In this document: one piece after another, positions 10,085 to 18,850 of the stretch
Layout of the letters: each line of letters begins with the position of its first letter
How positions within the stretch are numbered: the stretch's first letter is position 1
Origin: a virus
Reading direction: 5' to 3' (one strand)
DNA: 64,000 nt
Virus record (IMG/VR): IMGVR_UViG_3300036715_002570
Span: 1-64,000 of that record
Position numbers and translations under genes: made by a program
Notes under the pieces: model-generated
Databases searched by the model: none
What the model was told of the DNA's origin: nothing
Seen by the model: only the letters and a program-made list of their open reading frames with translations

Positions 10085-10158
10085 ACCGCGTTAGTATATG
10101 GGTTATCATTTCTGGCTGTCTACCAGAAGAAAGGGGTTCGAGTCCCCTACGCGGTGCA
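10085..10158 (+). tRNA. tRNA-Asp(GTC)
   Basis: Cloverleaf. Confidence 0.85.
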
Positions 10159-10206
10159 CGTATGTTAGTTGACTGAAAACAGGTTATTCAGCTAACATGG
10201 AGTAAT

Positions 10207-10291
10207 GGAGTATTAGACAGTTATGGATGCTGCCGAGGCTGTAACCCTCGTGTCATTGACCACCTAGGTTCGATTCCTAGATACTTCACCA
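10207..10291 (+). tRNA. tRNA-Tyr(GTA)
   Basis: Cloverleaf, CCA encoded. Confidence 0.85.
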
Positions 10292-10292
10292 A

Positions 10293-10724
10293 ATGTTCGA
10301 AAATGTTGATACAGATATTCGTAAAAAGCAGGGCGACTTAGGTGTTGCGTGAGCTATCTATGAGTACGCCCGAAAAGGTTACGTAATACTTGCTCCACTA
10401 AGTGATAGCGAGAAGTACGATTTAGTCATAGATACGGGTTGTTCCTTGAAGAAAATCCAAGTGAAGACGTCACGCTGCAAGGTTAAAGATTACAAGAGAC
10501 AGTCAGACCGTACTGGTTATCAAGTAAATTTGGCAACGCGTGGTGGCAATACAACTAAGAATACTATTCGAGCACGCATTGATAGTGATTACGATGAATT
10601 ATTCGTTTTGTTGGAGACGGGTGACTGTTGGATGATTCCCACATCTGCTTTGGTAGATGCTCATCACACAATCAATCTAGGTTCTGCTAAACCAAATAAG
10701 TATGATCAGTACAAAGTAATATAA
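10293..10724 (+). pseudogene. PD-(D/E)xK homing-type endonuclease with in-frame TGA (10350-10352)
   Basis: KQGDLG...YDLVID...IQVK motifs. Confidence 0.7.
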
Positions 10725-10925
10725 GTTTTGTTAGTAGTTGGCACTTGAGTACGCATCCGTGAGGATAGCTAATAATTGTACCCTTCAAGTCCAGTACAAC
10801 GCGTTTGACGCTCAGCAAACGCAAATCTGGTGCCTGACCTGAGCAGTCAGGAAAGTCTCCGGTTGCGGCGGCCCTTTGTAAGGGAGGCCAGCGATCGAAG
10901 CCGAGTGCCAACTACTAACAAAATT
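10724..10925 (+). ncRNA. unknown structured RNA, about 200 nt
   Basis: 24-bp closing helix and several internal hairpins. Confidence 0.65.
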
Positions 10926-10927
10926 CT

Positions 10928-11003
10928 AGGGGCGTCGTCTAGCCAAGTTAGGACAGCGGGGTTTGACACCGCAAACGGAGGCTCGATCCCTCTCGCCCCC
11001 ACA
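10928..11003 (+). tRNA. tRNA-Gln(TTG), atypical
   Basis: Cloverleaf; mismatch at base of anticodon stem. Confidence 0.65.
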
Positions 11004-11045
11004 GGTTGAGTAACTCAACATACGCACACAAGTGCGGTTTGTAAA

Positions 11046-11255
11046 TTGCTCCCTGCTTGGATGGGCAATCCAATGCCGTTGATTCTTGATCATATCAATG
11101 GTATCAATAATGATCACCGTTTAGAAAATCTTCGATTCGTATGTAGTAATTGTGATTCACAGCTGCCAACATACAAATCGAAGAACAAAAAGGAGTGTAG
11201 GGTGCTTGGCGCACAACAAGCCTTGAAAACTTGCCTACTTGTGATGAACAGGTAA
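11046..11255 (+). pseudogene. HNH endonuclease remnant reading into tRNA-Ser
   Basis: LDHINGINND.RLENLRFVCSNC. Confidence 0.7.
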
Positions 11256-11281
11256 CAGTTCGATTCTGTTACACTCCTCCA
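11192..11281 (+). tRNA. tRNA-Ser(TGA), atypical (possible 8/4 fold, U73)
   Basis: GGAGTGTA/TACACTCC, short D loop, long variable arm, CCA. Confidence 0.7.
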
Positions 11282-11286
11282 ACTTT

Positions 11287-11362
11287 GTGCCCGTAGCATA
11301 ACTTAAAGGTAATGCAGCTCGTGAAGAGAGCAGGATACGGGTTCGAACCCCGTGAGGTACAC
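11287..11362 (+). tRNA. tRNA-Phe(GAA), degenerate
   Basis: Anticodon and T arms clear, weak acceptor. Confidence 0.5.
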
Positions 11363-11422
11363 ATAGCAAGAATTTGCTACAGCGGAAGCATGTAGCCGGA
11401 GTTGTAACACACTCCAACCAAT

Positions 11423-11495
11423 GACGAGTTGGTATAGTGGTAGTGCTTCGGATTGCAAATCCGAGGAGACAGGTTCGATTCCTGTACTCGTCTCA
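11423..11495 (+). tRNA. tRNA-Cys(GCA)
   Basis: Cloverleaf, U73. Confidence 0.9.
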
Positions 11496-11752
11496 TGATA
11501 CACAAAAGCACATGCCCTCCAGGCACATCACTGCACGCGATCAAGTACGTGTTCCTAAAGCCGGCTCGGTTAACCATCCGCAACGGTGAAGATCACACAG
11601 TGTACGGCTACGGAATCGGAGAACAGATTGAAGTACTCGAGCCGTCGATGCAGTATTTGGTTGCTGGCGGAGTGAAGCTTGAACAGATCCCGCTGGCTGA
11701 TGGCCGGACAATTGTCCAGTATCCAAATGATTTGTGTGTGCAAAGAGTTTAT

Positions 11753-11827
11753 GCCGCGTTAGACTAATGGTGAGGTCACCAGGCTTTCAACCTGGATGGA
11801 TGGGATCGTGACCCATACGCGGCTCCA
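11753..11827 (+). tRNA. tRNA-Glu(TTC)
   Basis: Cloverleaf, CCA. Confidence 0.8.
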
Positions 11828-11830
11828 AAT

Positions 11831-11904
11831 GATGAGGTAGCTCAGAGAAAGAGTACCTGTCTGCAAAGCAGGAAGTCGTAGGTTGAAGTCCTACCCTCAT
11901 CTCA
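11831..11904 (+). tRNA. tRNA-Cys(GCA)
   Basis: Cloverleaf, U73. Confidence 0.8.
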
Positions 11905-12008
11905 AAATCACAGAGTCCATGTGGGACGTTCCTTGCATCTTGGAGTGAGGCGAGGAAAGTAGGTTTAGGTGGGCACACTCCACAGCCTAGACTGAACTGT
12001 GATTCTTA

Positions 12009-12082
12009 CGTGGTGAAGCTAAATGGTCAGGCAGCAGTTTCATAAGCTGTGTATAGTGGGTTCGATTCCCACCACCACGACG
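12009..12082 (+). tRNA. tRNA-Met(CAT) (Ile2 identity cannot be excluded)
   Basis: Cloverleaf. Confidence 0.75.
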
Positions 12083-12189
12083 GAGGACTTGCCGGTTGGA
12101 AACGACCGCTGTATGTGGAAGATCATCCCGCGTCAGGGATGCCATGTATATCCAACAGACCTGTCGAAGCAAGATACAGCAGGTCCCTT

Positions 12190-12262
12190 AGGACGCCTGT
12201 GGGCTACAGACAGAGAACTCCAAATCCTCTAGTGCACAGTTCGACTCTGTGGCGTCCTGCCA
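12190..12262 (+). tRNA. tRNA-Trp(CCA), reduced D arm
   Basis: AGGACGC/GCGTCCT, CTCCAAA loop, CCA. Confidence 0.65.
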
Positions 12263-12324
12263 ATAGGTCATTAGTGTAACGGCAACATTACGGTCTCACA
12301 TCATAAATACGCGATGGAGACATT

Positions 12325-12963
12325 ATGATTACACTCTACATCAAAACACACAACGTAACAGGTCTTAAATATTTTGGCAAAACGGGATCCGCGGATCCAT
12401 ATAAGTACCATGGATCTGGGAAGTATTGGAAACGTCACATTGCAGTTCACGGATATGATGTCACTACGGAAATCATTGGGCAATTTGAGGATTTACAAGA
12501 ATGTTCTCGAATCGCCTTGAAGTTCAGTGAAGACCATCAAATCGCAACTTCCGATTTGTGGGCTAACTTCAAGGCAGAGAATGGACTAGACGGCGGATTT
12601 GCTCACTTAAACGATGGATCAGAAGCGCATCGTACACGGTGTGTTAGAGCAGGTAAGCGATCACAGGAATTACATCCAGAAATTAAAGAGAACTTAGTCC
12701 CAACGACTGCCGCTACTGCCGCTCTGGGTACGGCAACAAAATTGAATAAATATGGGACGTCTTACTTTTCAGACATCGCTAAATATGAAAAAACAGCCGA
12801 ACATAGACAAAAATTAGCCGAACAATCACGGGGTAATGGTGCAGGTAAAGCAAATAAAGGCTTAGTTCGATCTAAGATCGAATGCCCCCATTGTGGTAAA
12901 CTAGGTGCAAATAATGTGATGAGCAGGTTTCACCTAAACAACTGCAAAAAACGTTCAACATAG
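12325..12963 (+). CDS. putative homing endonuclease (GIY-YIG-like, C-terminal CPHC)
   Basis: LYIKTH..TGLKYFGKT...Y.GSG.YW. Confidence 0.7.
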   Translation: MITLYIKTHNVTGLKYFGKTGSADPYKYHGSGKYWKRHIAVHGYDVTTEIIGQFEDLQECSRIALKFSEDHQIATSDLWANFKAENGLDGGFAHLNDGSEAHRTRCVRAGKRSQELHPEIKENLVPTTAATAALGTATKLNKYGTSYFSDIAKYEKTAEHRQKLAEQSRGNGAGKANKGLVRSKIECPHCGKLGANNVMSRFHLNNCKKRST

Positions 12964-13036
12964 GAATATAGCTCAATTGGCAGAGCGTTGGTCTCCAAAA
13001 CCAAAGGTTGTAAGTTCGAGTCTGTGCGAACCTGCA
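12962..13036 (+). tRNA. tRNA-Trp(CCA), chimeric/degenerate
   Basis: Good D and anticodon arms; mismatched T and acceptor stems. Confidence 0.55.
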
Positions 13037-13043
13037 AATTTAA

Positions 13044-13118
13044 GCCGCTTTGGTACAGCTGGTGCGTACAGGAGCTTGAAACCCTTCAGGTCACGGTTCG
13101 ATTCCGTGAGGTGGCACA
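13044..13118 (+). tRNA. tRNA-Phe(GAA)
   Basis: Cloverleaf. Confidence 0.75.
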
Positions 13119-13187
13119 TAGATAAATAGTAGTACAACACCGCCCAGGTGGACAAATCTGGTAAATATGCCGTAACCTGGTATAAAT

Positions 13188-13667
13188 ATGTTTACCATGA
13201 AATACACCGAAGCACTCCTTCAACCTCTCGTTGAACAAACAAACACGTACTCAGGGTTGGCTAGATTGTTGAACCTAGCACCCGTGGGAAGCACAGTAAC
13301 ATATCTAAGAAAACGATGTGAACTGTTAGGATTAAATGTAAGTCATTTTGTTGGCCAAGCTTCCAATAAAGGAAAACCCTCTTTCAACAAGAAATCGGTA
13401 GAAGAAATCTTGGTGTTAGGTAAACAGCTAGATCGCCGAGCTGAGCGGCATCAGCTGATGCGAGCTCCATTGGAGCTTGGTATAGAATACAAATGTGCCG
13501 AGTGCACCATCCATAATGTGTGGAATGGCAAGCCATTAACACTTCAAATTGATCATATCAACGGCCAATATTGGGATAACAGAATAGAAAATCTAAGGTT
13601 CCTGTGTCCTAACTGTCACACACAGACGGTTACGTGGGGAACGCAAAACATTGGGCGTGTGGCGTAG
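13188..13667 (+). CDS. HNH endonuclease
   Basis: WNGKPLTLQIDHING...NLRFLCPNCH. Confidence 0.85.
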   Translation: MFTMKYTEALLQPLVEQTNTYSGLARLLNLAPVGSTVTYLRKRCELLGLNVSHFVGQASNKGKPSFNKKSVEEILVLGKQLDRRAERHQLMRAPLELGIEYKCAECTIHNVWNGKPLTLQIDHINGQYWDNRIENLRFLCPNCHTQTVTWGTQNIGRVA

Positions 13668-13728
13668 TAGGTAACCGTATTCGTCTCAAACACGAAGTCC
13701 TGAGGGTTCGAGTCCCTCCATGCCCACA
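13653..13728 (+). tRNA. tRNA-Leu(CAA), short variable arm
   Basis: TTCGT-CTCAAAC-ACGAA, short variable loop. Confidence 0.75.
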
Positions 13729-13732
13729 ACTT

Positions 13733-13829
13733 GTCGTTGTAGCTCAATGGTAGAGCGCGAAACTGACGCTTTCGGCGTGAAGTTCCCTTTCAAGGCGGAG
13801 ATGGTGGCTCAATTCCACCCAACAACACA
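13733..13829 (+). tRNA. tRNA-Glu(TTC)-like with hairpin insertion
   Basis: Extra ~25 nt between D arm and CTTTCAA loop. Confidence 0.5.
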
Positions 13830-13835
13830 AACAAT

Positions 13836-13918
13836 GCCCCCGTGGTAAATGCAAATTTGGCACAGCTACTACGTTTAGACCGTGGACTTTTGTCGGTTCG
13901 AATCCGACCGGGGGTACA
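13836..13918 (+). tRNA. tRNA-Leu(TAG), short variable arm, large D loop
   Basis: CTACG-TTTAGAC-CGTGG. Confidence 0.75.
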
Positions 13919-13925
13919 AAACTAA

Positions 13926-14315
13926 TCAACCCAACACCGACGGCAACTGAATATCGTGCCAGTTGATTCCAGCCTTAGTCATCTTACGGCGAAGCGTAGT
14001 CTGTTGTCGTCGAAGGCTAATACGCTCAGCAACCAATTGGTGCATAGTGCTGCTGATTCGAGCAGCAACGGGGTCAGCTTTATCGTAGTACAAGCCGCAC
14101 TCACTGCAGCGAGCGGTAATCGAAGTTGCTAAGTTAGGCCTAGCAAAGAAGTGCTTACCGCGATTTAGCAATGAGCTAGCTTTCAGCATCAAGTGATGAA
14201 CGTACTTAGACAGGTCAGCATCGGTCTGGGAGACAGCAAGGTACCGATCGACCAATCGGTTGTGATCAATTGGTGGAAGTTCATCAAACGGTGAGGCAAT
14301 TTCGATCAGTAGCAT
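13926..14315 (-). CDS. hypothetical protein, PF.ELP N-terminal family
   Basis: MLLIEIASPFDELP; ATAAATA upstream on minus strand. Confidence 0.55.
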   Translation of the reverse strand: MLLIEIASPFDELPPIDHNRLVDRYLAVSQTDADLSKYVHHLMLKASSLLNRGKHFFARPNLATSITARCSECGLYYDKADPVAARISSTMHQLVAERISLRRQQTTLRRKMTKAGINWHDIQLPSVLG

Positions 14316-14584
14316 GACGCGGTCCAAAGACAGTATTTATCGAGCGGCTAGTTGACGGGTAACACTTAACATAGGACAATCTGAAAACGGTGAAAATGAA
14401 CACAAATATTTGGAAACTAGATCTGCTTGATGTCGCAGTCGACATGGAGTTGCCGAGTGAAGCCTTGTGTAGGAAATTAAGTGAACTAATCACTGACATT
14501 GAGGCGTTGTACCGACCTGAAGAACTTCACAAGGAGTGGGTTGAAGCGTTTGAAGCTGGCGTATATGACGACTAAATAGAGCAT

Positions 14585-14674
14585 GGAAGGTTGTGTATCT
14601 GGTGATACAACTAACTTGGAAAGTTAGTCCGCTTGTGATGAACAGGCGACGGTTCGACTCCGTATCCTTCCTCT
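14585..14674 (+). tRNA. tRNA-Ser(GGA), atypical 8/4 fold
   Basis: 8-bp acceptor, 4-bp T stem, 5-bp D stem with TGGT loop. Confidence 0.7.
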
Positions 14675-14788
14675 GATTTGTTGCGTAGTAAACAGTTACT
14701 TCAATTCTGGAAAAATTGAGTGGACGGTTCGATTCCGTTTTAATGGTGGGCCAACTTTGTTCTCTGTTTGCGACTTCATCTCAAATCA
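14674..14788 (+). ncRNA. Y-RNA-like RNA copy 2 (T-arm module)
   Basis: Shared motif plus GACGG-TTCGATT-CCGTT. Confidence 0.6.
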
Positions 14789-14792
14789 ATAT

Positions 14793-14868
14793 CGGAGTGT
14801 AGCGCAGTCTGGTAGCGCATCTGCTTTGGGAGCAGAGGGTCCAAGGTTCGAATCCTTGTACTCCGACA
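14793..14868 (+). tRNA. tRNA-Pro(TGG)
   Basis: Canonical cloverleaf. Confidence 0.95.
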
Positions 14869-14966
14869 GTACGTGCTGAGGTAGCTCTTCAGCTAGGAGT
14901 TCAGAGCATTCCGAACGAACCGCTTAGCTGGCGGCAAAGCTCCGATCAGGTGTAAGGCCTGTCCAT

Positions 14967-15043
14967 GCGGGTAAAGTGTTTACGGTTACACGTCAGTCTT
15001 CCAAACTGAAATACTAGGGTTCGAATCCCTGTACCCGCTCCAA
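14967..15043 (+). tRNA. tRNA-Gly(TCC)
   Basis: Cloverleaf, CCA. Confidence 0.9.
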
Positions 15044-15183
15044 AAAGAATTGTGTTTCGCGACACAAAAGGTAGACAGAACGCGCTCGAGAGCTAGTAAG
15101 TCTACATCGCTTGGCGCTAGACCGTTAATCTAGCGCCAAGAGCATACAGGTTGGTAGGCATATCAACTGCGAGTATGCACCTT

Positions 15184-15258
15184 CAGGGTAGGAGGCGTGT
15201 GGTAGCCGATGACGTCCGGAGCGTTGTAGTCCTGGTTCAACTCCAGGTACCCTGACAG
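15184..15258 (+). tRNA. tRNA-Pro(CGG), atypical
   Basis: CAGGGTA/TACCCTG acceptor. Confidence 0.6.
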
Positions 15259-15404
15259 TTTGTTGTTGCATAGTGTAGGATTTCTTCATACTCAAGCAGC
15301 GATTTGTGGGTTCGAGTCCCACCTAGTCGGAAACGGCTAGTAGCCAAATTGGTAAAGGCAGCCGCCTCAAAAAAGCAGCCTGCGCGCCCACATCTCAACA
15401 AACC
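15258..15404 (+). ncRNA. Y-RNA-like RNA copy 3 with circularly permuted tRNA-Leu-like module
   Basis: T arm, GAAA-closed acceptor stem, D arm inside a GTTTGTTG/CAACAAAC stem. Confidence 0.7.
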
Positions 15405-15407
15405 ATT

Positions 15408-15481
15408 GCCCCCGTAGTTTAGTGGCTAGAACGCTGCCCTTTCAAGGTGGAGAAGACGGATCGAAACCGTTCGGGGGTACA
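15408..15481 (+). tRNA. tRNA-Glu(TTC)
   Basis: Cloverleaf. Confidence 0.85.
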
Positions 15482-15498
15482 TAACAATAAGGCCATAT

Positions 15499-15948
15499 AT
15501 GGACCAGAAGAAATGGGACTTACATTTCCTTGAGGAAGCGAAGCTGATCGCTCGCTTGTCGAAAGATCCTAGCACACAAACAGGTGCTGTGATTGTTGCT
15601 CCCGATGGGAAGCGAATTGTGTCGAAAGGCTACAACGGCTTCCCCAGCAAGATGAAAGACACACACGAGTATCTTCATGATCGCGACGAAAAGTATCGCC
15701 GGATCATTCATTGCGAAATGAATGCTGCAATGTTTGCACGAGAGCCACTTGCGGGGTGTACGCTGTACACATACCCTCTAACATCATGCGATCGATGCTT
15801 CGTCCACATGCTCCAGTACGGAATCACGCGCTTTGTCGGCCCGAGGGCGTCTGACGATATCCGCTCTCGCTGGGGTGACGCACTAGACTGGGTTAAGCGT
15901 GAAGCTGCTGCAGCAGGCGTCGAAATGGTTGAATACGATTTCGACTGA
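15499..15948 (+). CDS. dCMP deaminase
   Basis: SKDPST..GA, GYNG, HCEMNA, CDRC. Confidence 0.9.
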   Translation: MDQKKWDLHFLEEAKLIARLSKDPSTQTGAVIVAPDGKRIVSKGYNGFPSKMKDTHEYLHDRDEKYRRIIHCEMNAAMFAREPLAGCTLYTYPLTSCDRCFVHMLQYGITRFVGPRASDDIRSRWGDALDWVKREAAAAGVEMVEYDFD

Positions 15949-15953
15949 ACAAT

Positions 15954-16088
15954 TGTGAGATAGTGTAATGGTCAGCACGGTAAAAACACTCTAAGCGATT
16001 TTGACTCATCCTCATGGATGCTGCGTAGTGTCAGAGTTACTTCTCATTATCAGAGACTAGTGTAGGTTCGATTCCTGCTCTCACAACA
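15954..16088 (+). ncRNA. Y-RNA-like copy 4: tRNA body with the motif replacing the anticodon arm
   Basis: TGTGAGA/TCTCACA acceptor, D and T arms, internal TGCTGCGTAGT..TTACTTC. Confidence 0.65.
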
Positions 16089-16099
16089 ATTTTAACCAC

Positions 16100-16158
16100 G
16101 GGAATGTGGCAGAAGAATGCACATTCGGATGTAGGTTCATATCCTACCATTCCCTCAA
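16100..16158 (+). ncRNA. tRNA-like RNA lacking anticodon arm
   Basis: GGGAATG/CATTCCC acceptor plus T arm. Confidence 0.5.
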
Positions 16159-16399
16159 CATAAGGACATTAACATGTCTACTTTGAAACAAATGGTCTCT
16201 GACGGAAAGCAGGTGACGTTCAGTCACTTTCGCCGTAACGAACTTTGGTATACCACGGAATGTGGTTTCCAGTTCGCAGTTCCTGTATCTGACGTGGGTG
16301 ACGCAACATTCAATAGCACAGAAAAAGCTATGCTTAATGATGCGATACATTCGCAAGCAGCTGGAAGCAAATGAGGCAGGCCGTCAAGGCTAAGATTAT

Positions 16400-16473
16400 T
16401 GGGGTGTAGTATAACGGTTAGTACGATGGGCTCTGACCCCGTAGGACACGGTTCAACTCCGTGCGCCCTTGCA
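16400..16473 (+). tRNA. tRNA-Gln(CTG)
   Basis: Cloverleaf. Confidence 0.85.
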
Positions 16474-16569
16474 GAATAAACAACACATATTTGTTAACCC
16501 TACCTGGGAAGGTAGGAAACTAATGATGATTCACCTACAATGAGATTGACTCTCAACTAAGGGAACATC

Positions 16570-17034
16570 ATGTCACTCCTCTCACGAATCAAAGCAGATC
16601 AACTGCAGGCCCGTAAGGCCAAAGACACCATCCAGGCGTCTCTTCTAACCACACTGATCGGTGAAGCTGAAGCTGTCGGTAAGAACGACGGCAACCGCGA
16701 GACCACGGATAGCGAAGTTGTGGCGATGATCAAGAAGTTCCTCAAGAACACCAACGAACTGCTTGCTGTCTTTCCGAAGCCGATCCCTGATCACGACCTC
16801 AAGCAGATTGCAGCCTGCAACGTTGCCTCTCAAGAAAAGCTGATTCTTGAGGCGTATCTGCCAACACAATACACCGGCACAGGTCTACAGTCAATCGTTG
16901 CTGCCTCAATCCAATTGGTTGGCGCATCGACAGCTAAGGACATGGGCAAGGTGATGAAGGATCTCAAGACGCGGTATGACGGCCAATACGACGGCAGTGA
17001 GGCAAGCAAGGTGATCAAGGAGCTGTTGCAATGA
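16570..17034 (+). CDS. GatB/YqeY domain protein
   Basis: E..ILEAYLP.Q, KDMGKVM motifs. Confidence 0.85.
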   Translation: MSLLSRIKADQLQARKAKDTIQASLLTTLIGEAEAVGKNDGNRETTDSEVVAMIKKFLKNTNELLAVFPKPIPDHDLKQIAACNVASQEKLILEAYLPTQYTGTGLQSIVAASIQLVGASTAKDMGKVMKDLKTRYDGQYDGSEASKVIKELLQ

Positions 17035-17405
17035 CCACCATGACAATCCTCTGGATCATCCTCGGCCTGTTTACGAAGCACCCGATCGTTGACTTCCTGA
17101 TGCAGGGACCGTTCCAGTACCGCAACAAGGGAACGTACGGCCATCCAGGTGGGATTCTTCACTCATTCAACCATCTGATCGGTACTCTGCTGGTGCTGGT
17201 GTATCCGTGCTCAATTGTCACTGCAGCGACGCTTGCCGCAGTTGATGGAGTGGTTCACTACCACATTGATTGGGCAAAAATGAGCCTCAATAAGAAGCTT
17301 GGCTGGGGTCCAACAACGCACGAACAATTCTGGTGGCTACTCGGCGTAGATCAGTACCTACACGCGATCACTTACATCAGCTTCGCTTTCTATTTGGCAA
17401 GCTGA
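17031..17405 (+). CDS. DUF3307-like membrane protein
   Basis: H...DF..Q, HYHIDW.K, G.DQYLH. Confidence 0.75.
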   Translation: MTTMTILWIILGLFTKHPIVDFLMQGPFQYRNKGTYGHPGGILHSFNHLIGTLLVLVYPCSIVTAATLAAVDGVVHYHIDWAKMSLNKKLGWGPTTHEQFWWLLGVDQYLHAITYISFAFYLAS

Positions 17406-17418
17406 GAAGCGCTGTGTA

Positions 17419-17877
17419 TCATGGAGAAACGCCGCGCTTCTCAGCATCCTTCTCTGCCTTCTTTGCCTTCTGCAATCGATTATACGTCTTAACCTCCCAC
17501 ATTATAGCGGGAGCCATGTGCTGTTTCCATAGACGCACTAATTTGTCAAACGCAGGAATGTGCTCCTCAGGGAACAATTGCGTCGAGCGCCAGAAAGGAC
17601 CATCTGGATATTCCAGCTTCGACCGAATCTCATCAACCTTCCGTACCGTGCGGTATCTCCAAATGTCTATGTCTTTAGATCCAGGAATTTGGATCTTCTG
17701 AGGCACTCTCTTCATTAACGCAGCGATTCTCAACGAGAGCGCCTCCTCAACTTGGCGTTCACGGTTGCGTGCATCATTCCATTCCCATTGCAGACGACTC
17801 ATCTCCGTGGAGTATTGGCGAGCGGGGATCTCTGCAAATGGATCGTCCGTGGTTTCTGTGAGTTGTTGTAGTCGCAT
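17419..17877 (-). CDS. hypothetical protein, PF.ELP family
   Basis: MRLQQLTETTDDPFAEIP. Confidence 0.6.
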   Translation of the reverse strand: MRLQQLTETTDDPFAEIPARQYSTEMSRLQWEWNDARNRERQVEEALSLRIAALMKRVPQKIQIPGSKDIDIWRYRTVRKVDEIRSKLEYPDGPFWRSTQLFPEEHIPAFDKLVRLWKQHMAPAIMWEVKTYNRLQKAKKAEKDAEKRGVSP

Positions 17878-17878
17878 A

Positions 17879-18850
17879 TTATGGGTGGAGTTTCTTCAGT
17901 AGTGCATCTTGTTGCGGCTCTGACAGAAGCGTCAGGTGTGTTGTTTGTATTTTTGTGCCATTGATGTACAGGTAATTTTGTCCGGTGCCGCCACCTCGGT
18001 CATACTTGTACCACACCACAGTATCGGTGGGGTTGACACCAATAAAGTTCAGACATGAAGTTGGTGTGTAGTTCGCCGCATACAATGTATCGATTTCCGG
18101 AATGCCATTACGCTTCAGCGCTGCATTGATCGTTAAGAATGTGTCCAGTGACGGTGTAGAGAACGGGAACTTGTAAGGATCACCCGCGTATCGCTGATTG
18201 GCAAATAAATGGTATGGGTTCTTCAGCTTAGACGTACCCGTATCAATTGTGACGGGCACTTTTCCTGGAGGAATCGTGTTACCTCCAGCAAAGTCAGGGG
18301 CCCATCCAGACTTTGCTGCTGCACCTTGTTTAGCTGCTTGTTTAGCTGCCTTTTGCTGCTTACGCAGAGCATTGCACCGATCGTGTAGGTCGTGATACAA
18401 CGCCAATTCTGGCACTTGTTGGCGAACTAGGTTAACTACCCCTTCGATCCTCCGCTGTAAGTCGCCGGACAGTTTGCTGAAGGACGGATAAATCTGAGCG
18501 ACCGATCCTCGGATCCAGAGGGGAAGATTCACGCTAGCAACCGAGATTAACAACAATGGAAAAAAGGCGGCACCACCGTATTTGTCGTTAATACGACGAT
18601 TGATTCTTGTGATCATATCATTGATGACCCCAAGGTGTAGCTTTGTGTGGTGATTCAAAGCACGCTTGATTTCTTCCAGGCGGTGCAGGTCAGACGACGT
18701 CTCCCATCCTGTTGTGTCAGGTAGTTCTGTGTGAAATAGTGCTAAATCCGACCATTCGTCGCGATAAACACGACCGAACAAAGAACTGGGATCGCGAGGA
18801 TCCTCCGCAAATGGATTGTTTGTCTCGATCAAGTACGTTAGGAAGTTCAT
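17879..18850 (-). CDS. hypothetical protein, PF.ELP family
   Basis: MNFLTYLIETNNPFAEDP; shares RYAGD/NAALKRN with next gene. Confidence 0.65.
   Translation of the reverse strand: MNFLTYLIETNNPFAEDPRDPSSLFGRVYRDEWSDLALFHTELPDTTGWETSSDLHRLEEIKRALNHHTKLHLGVINDMITRINRRINDKYGGAAFFPLLLISVASVNLPLWIRGSVAQIYPSFSKLSGDLQRRIEGVVNLVRQQVPELALYHDLHDRCNALRKQQKAAKQAAKQGAAAKSGWAPDFAGGNTIPPGKVPVTIDTGTSKLKNPYHLFANQRYAGDPYKFPFSTPSLDTFLTINAALKRNGIPEIDTLYAANYTPTSCLNFIGVNPTDTVVWYKYDRGGGTGQNYLYINGTKIQTTHLTLLSEPQQDALLKKLHP

Noticed and set aside
11192-14674. tRNA-Sec call for the atypical long-arm tRNAs
   Set aside because: Anticodons are TGA and GGA, not TCA.
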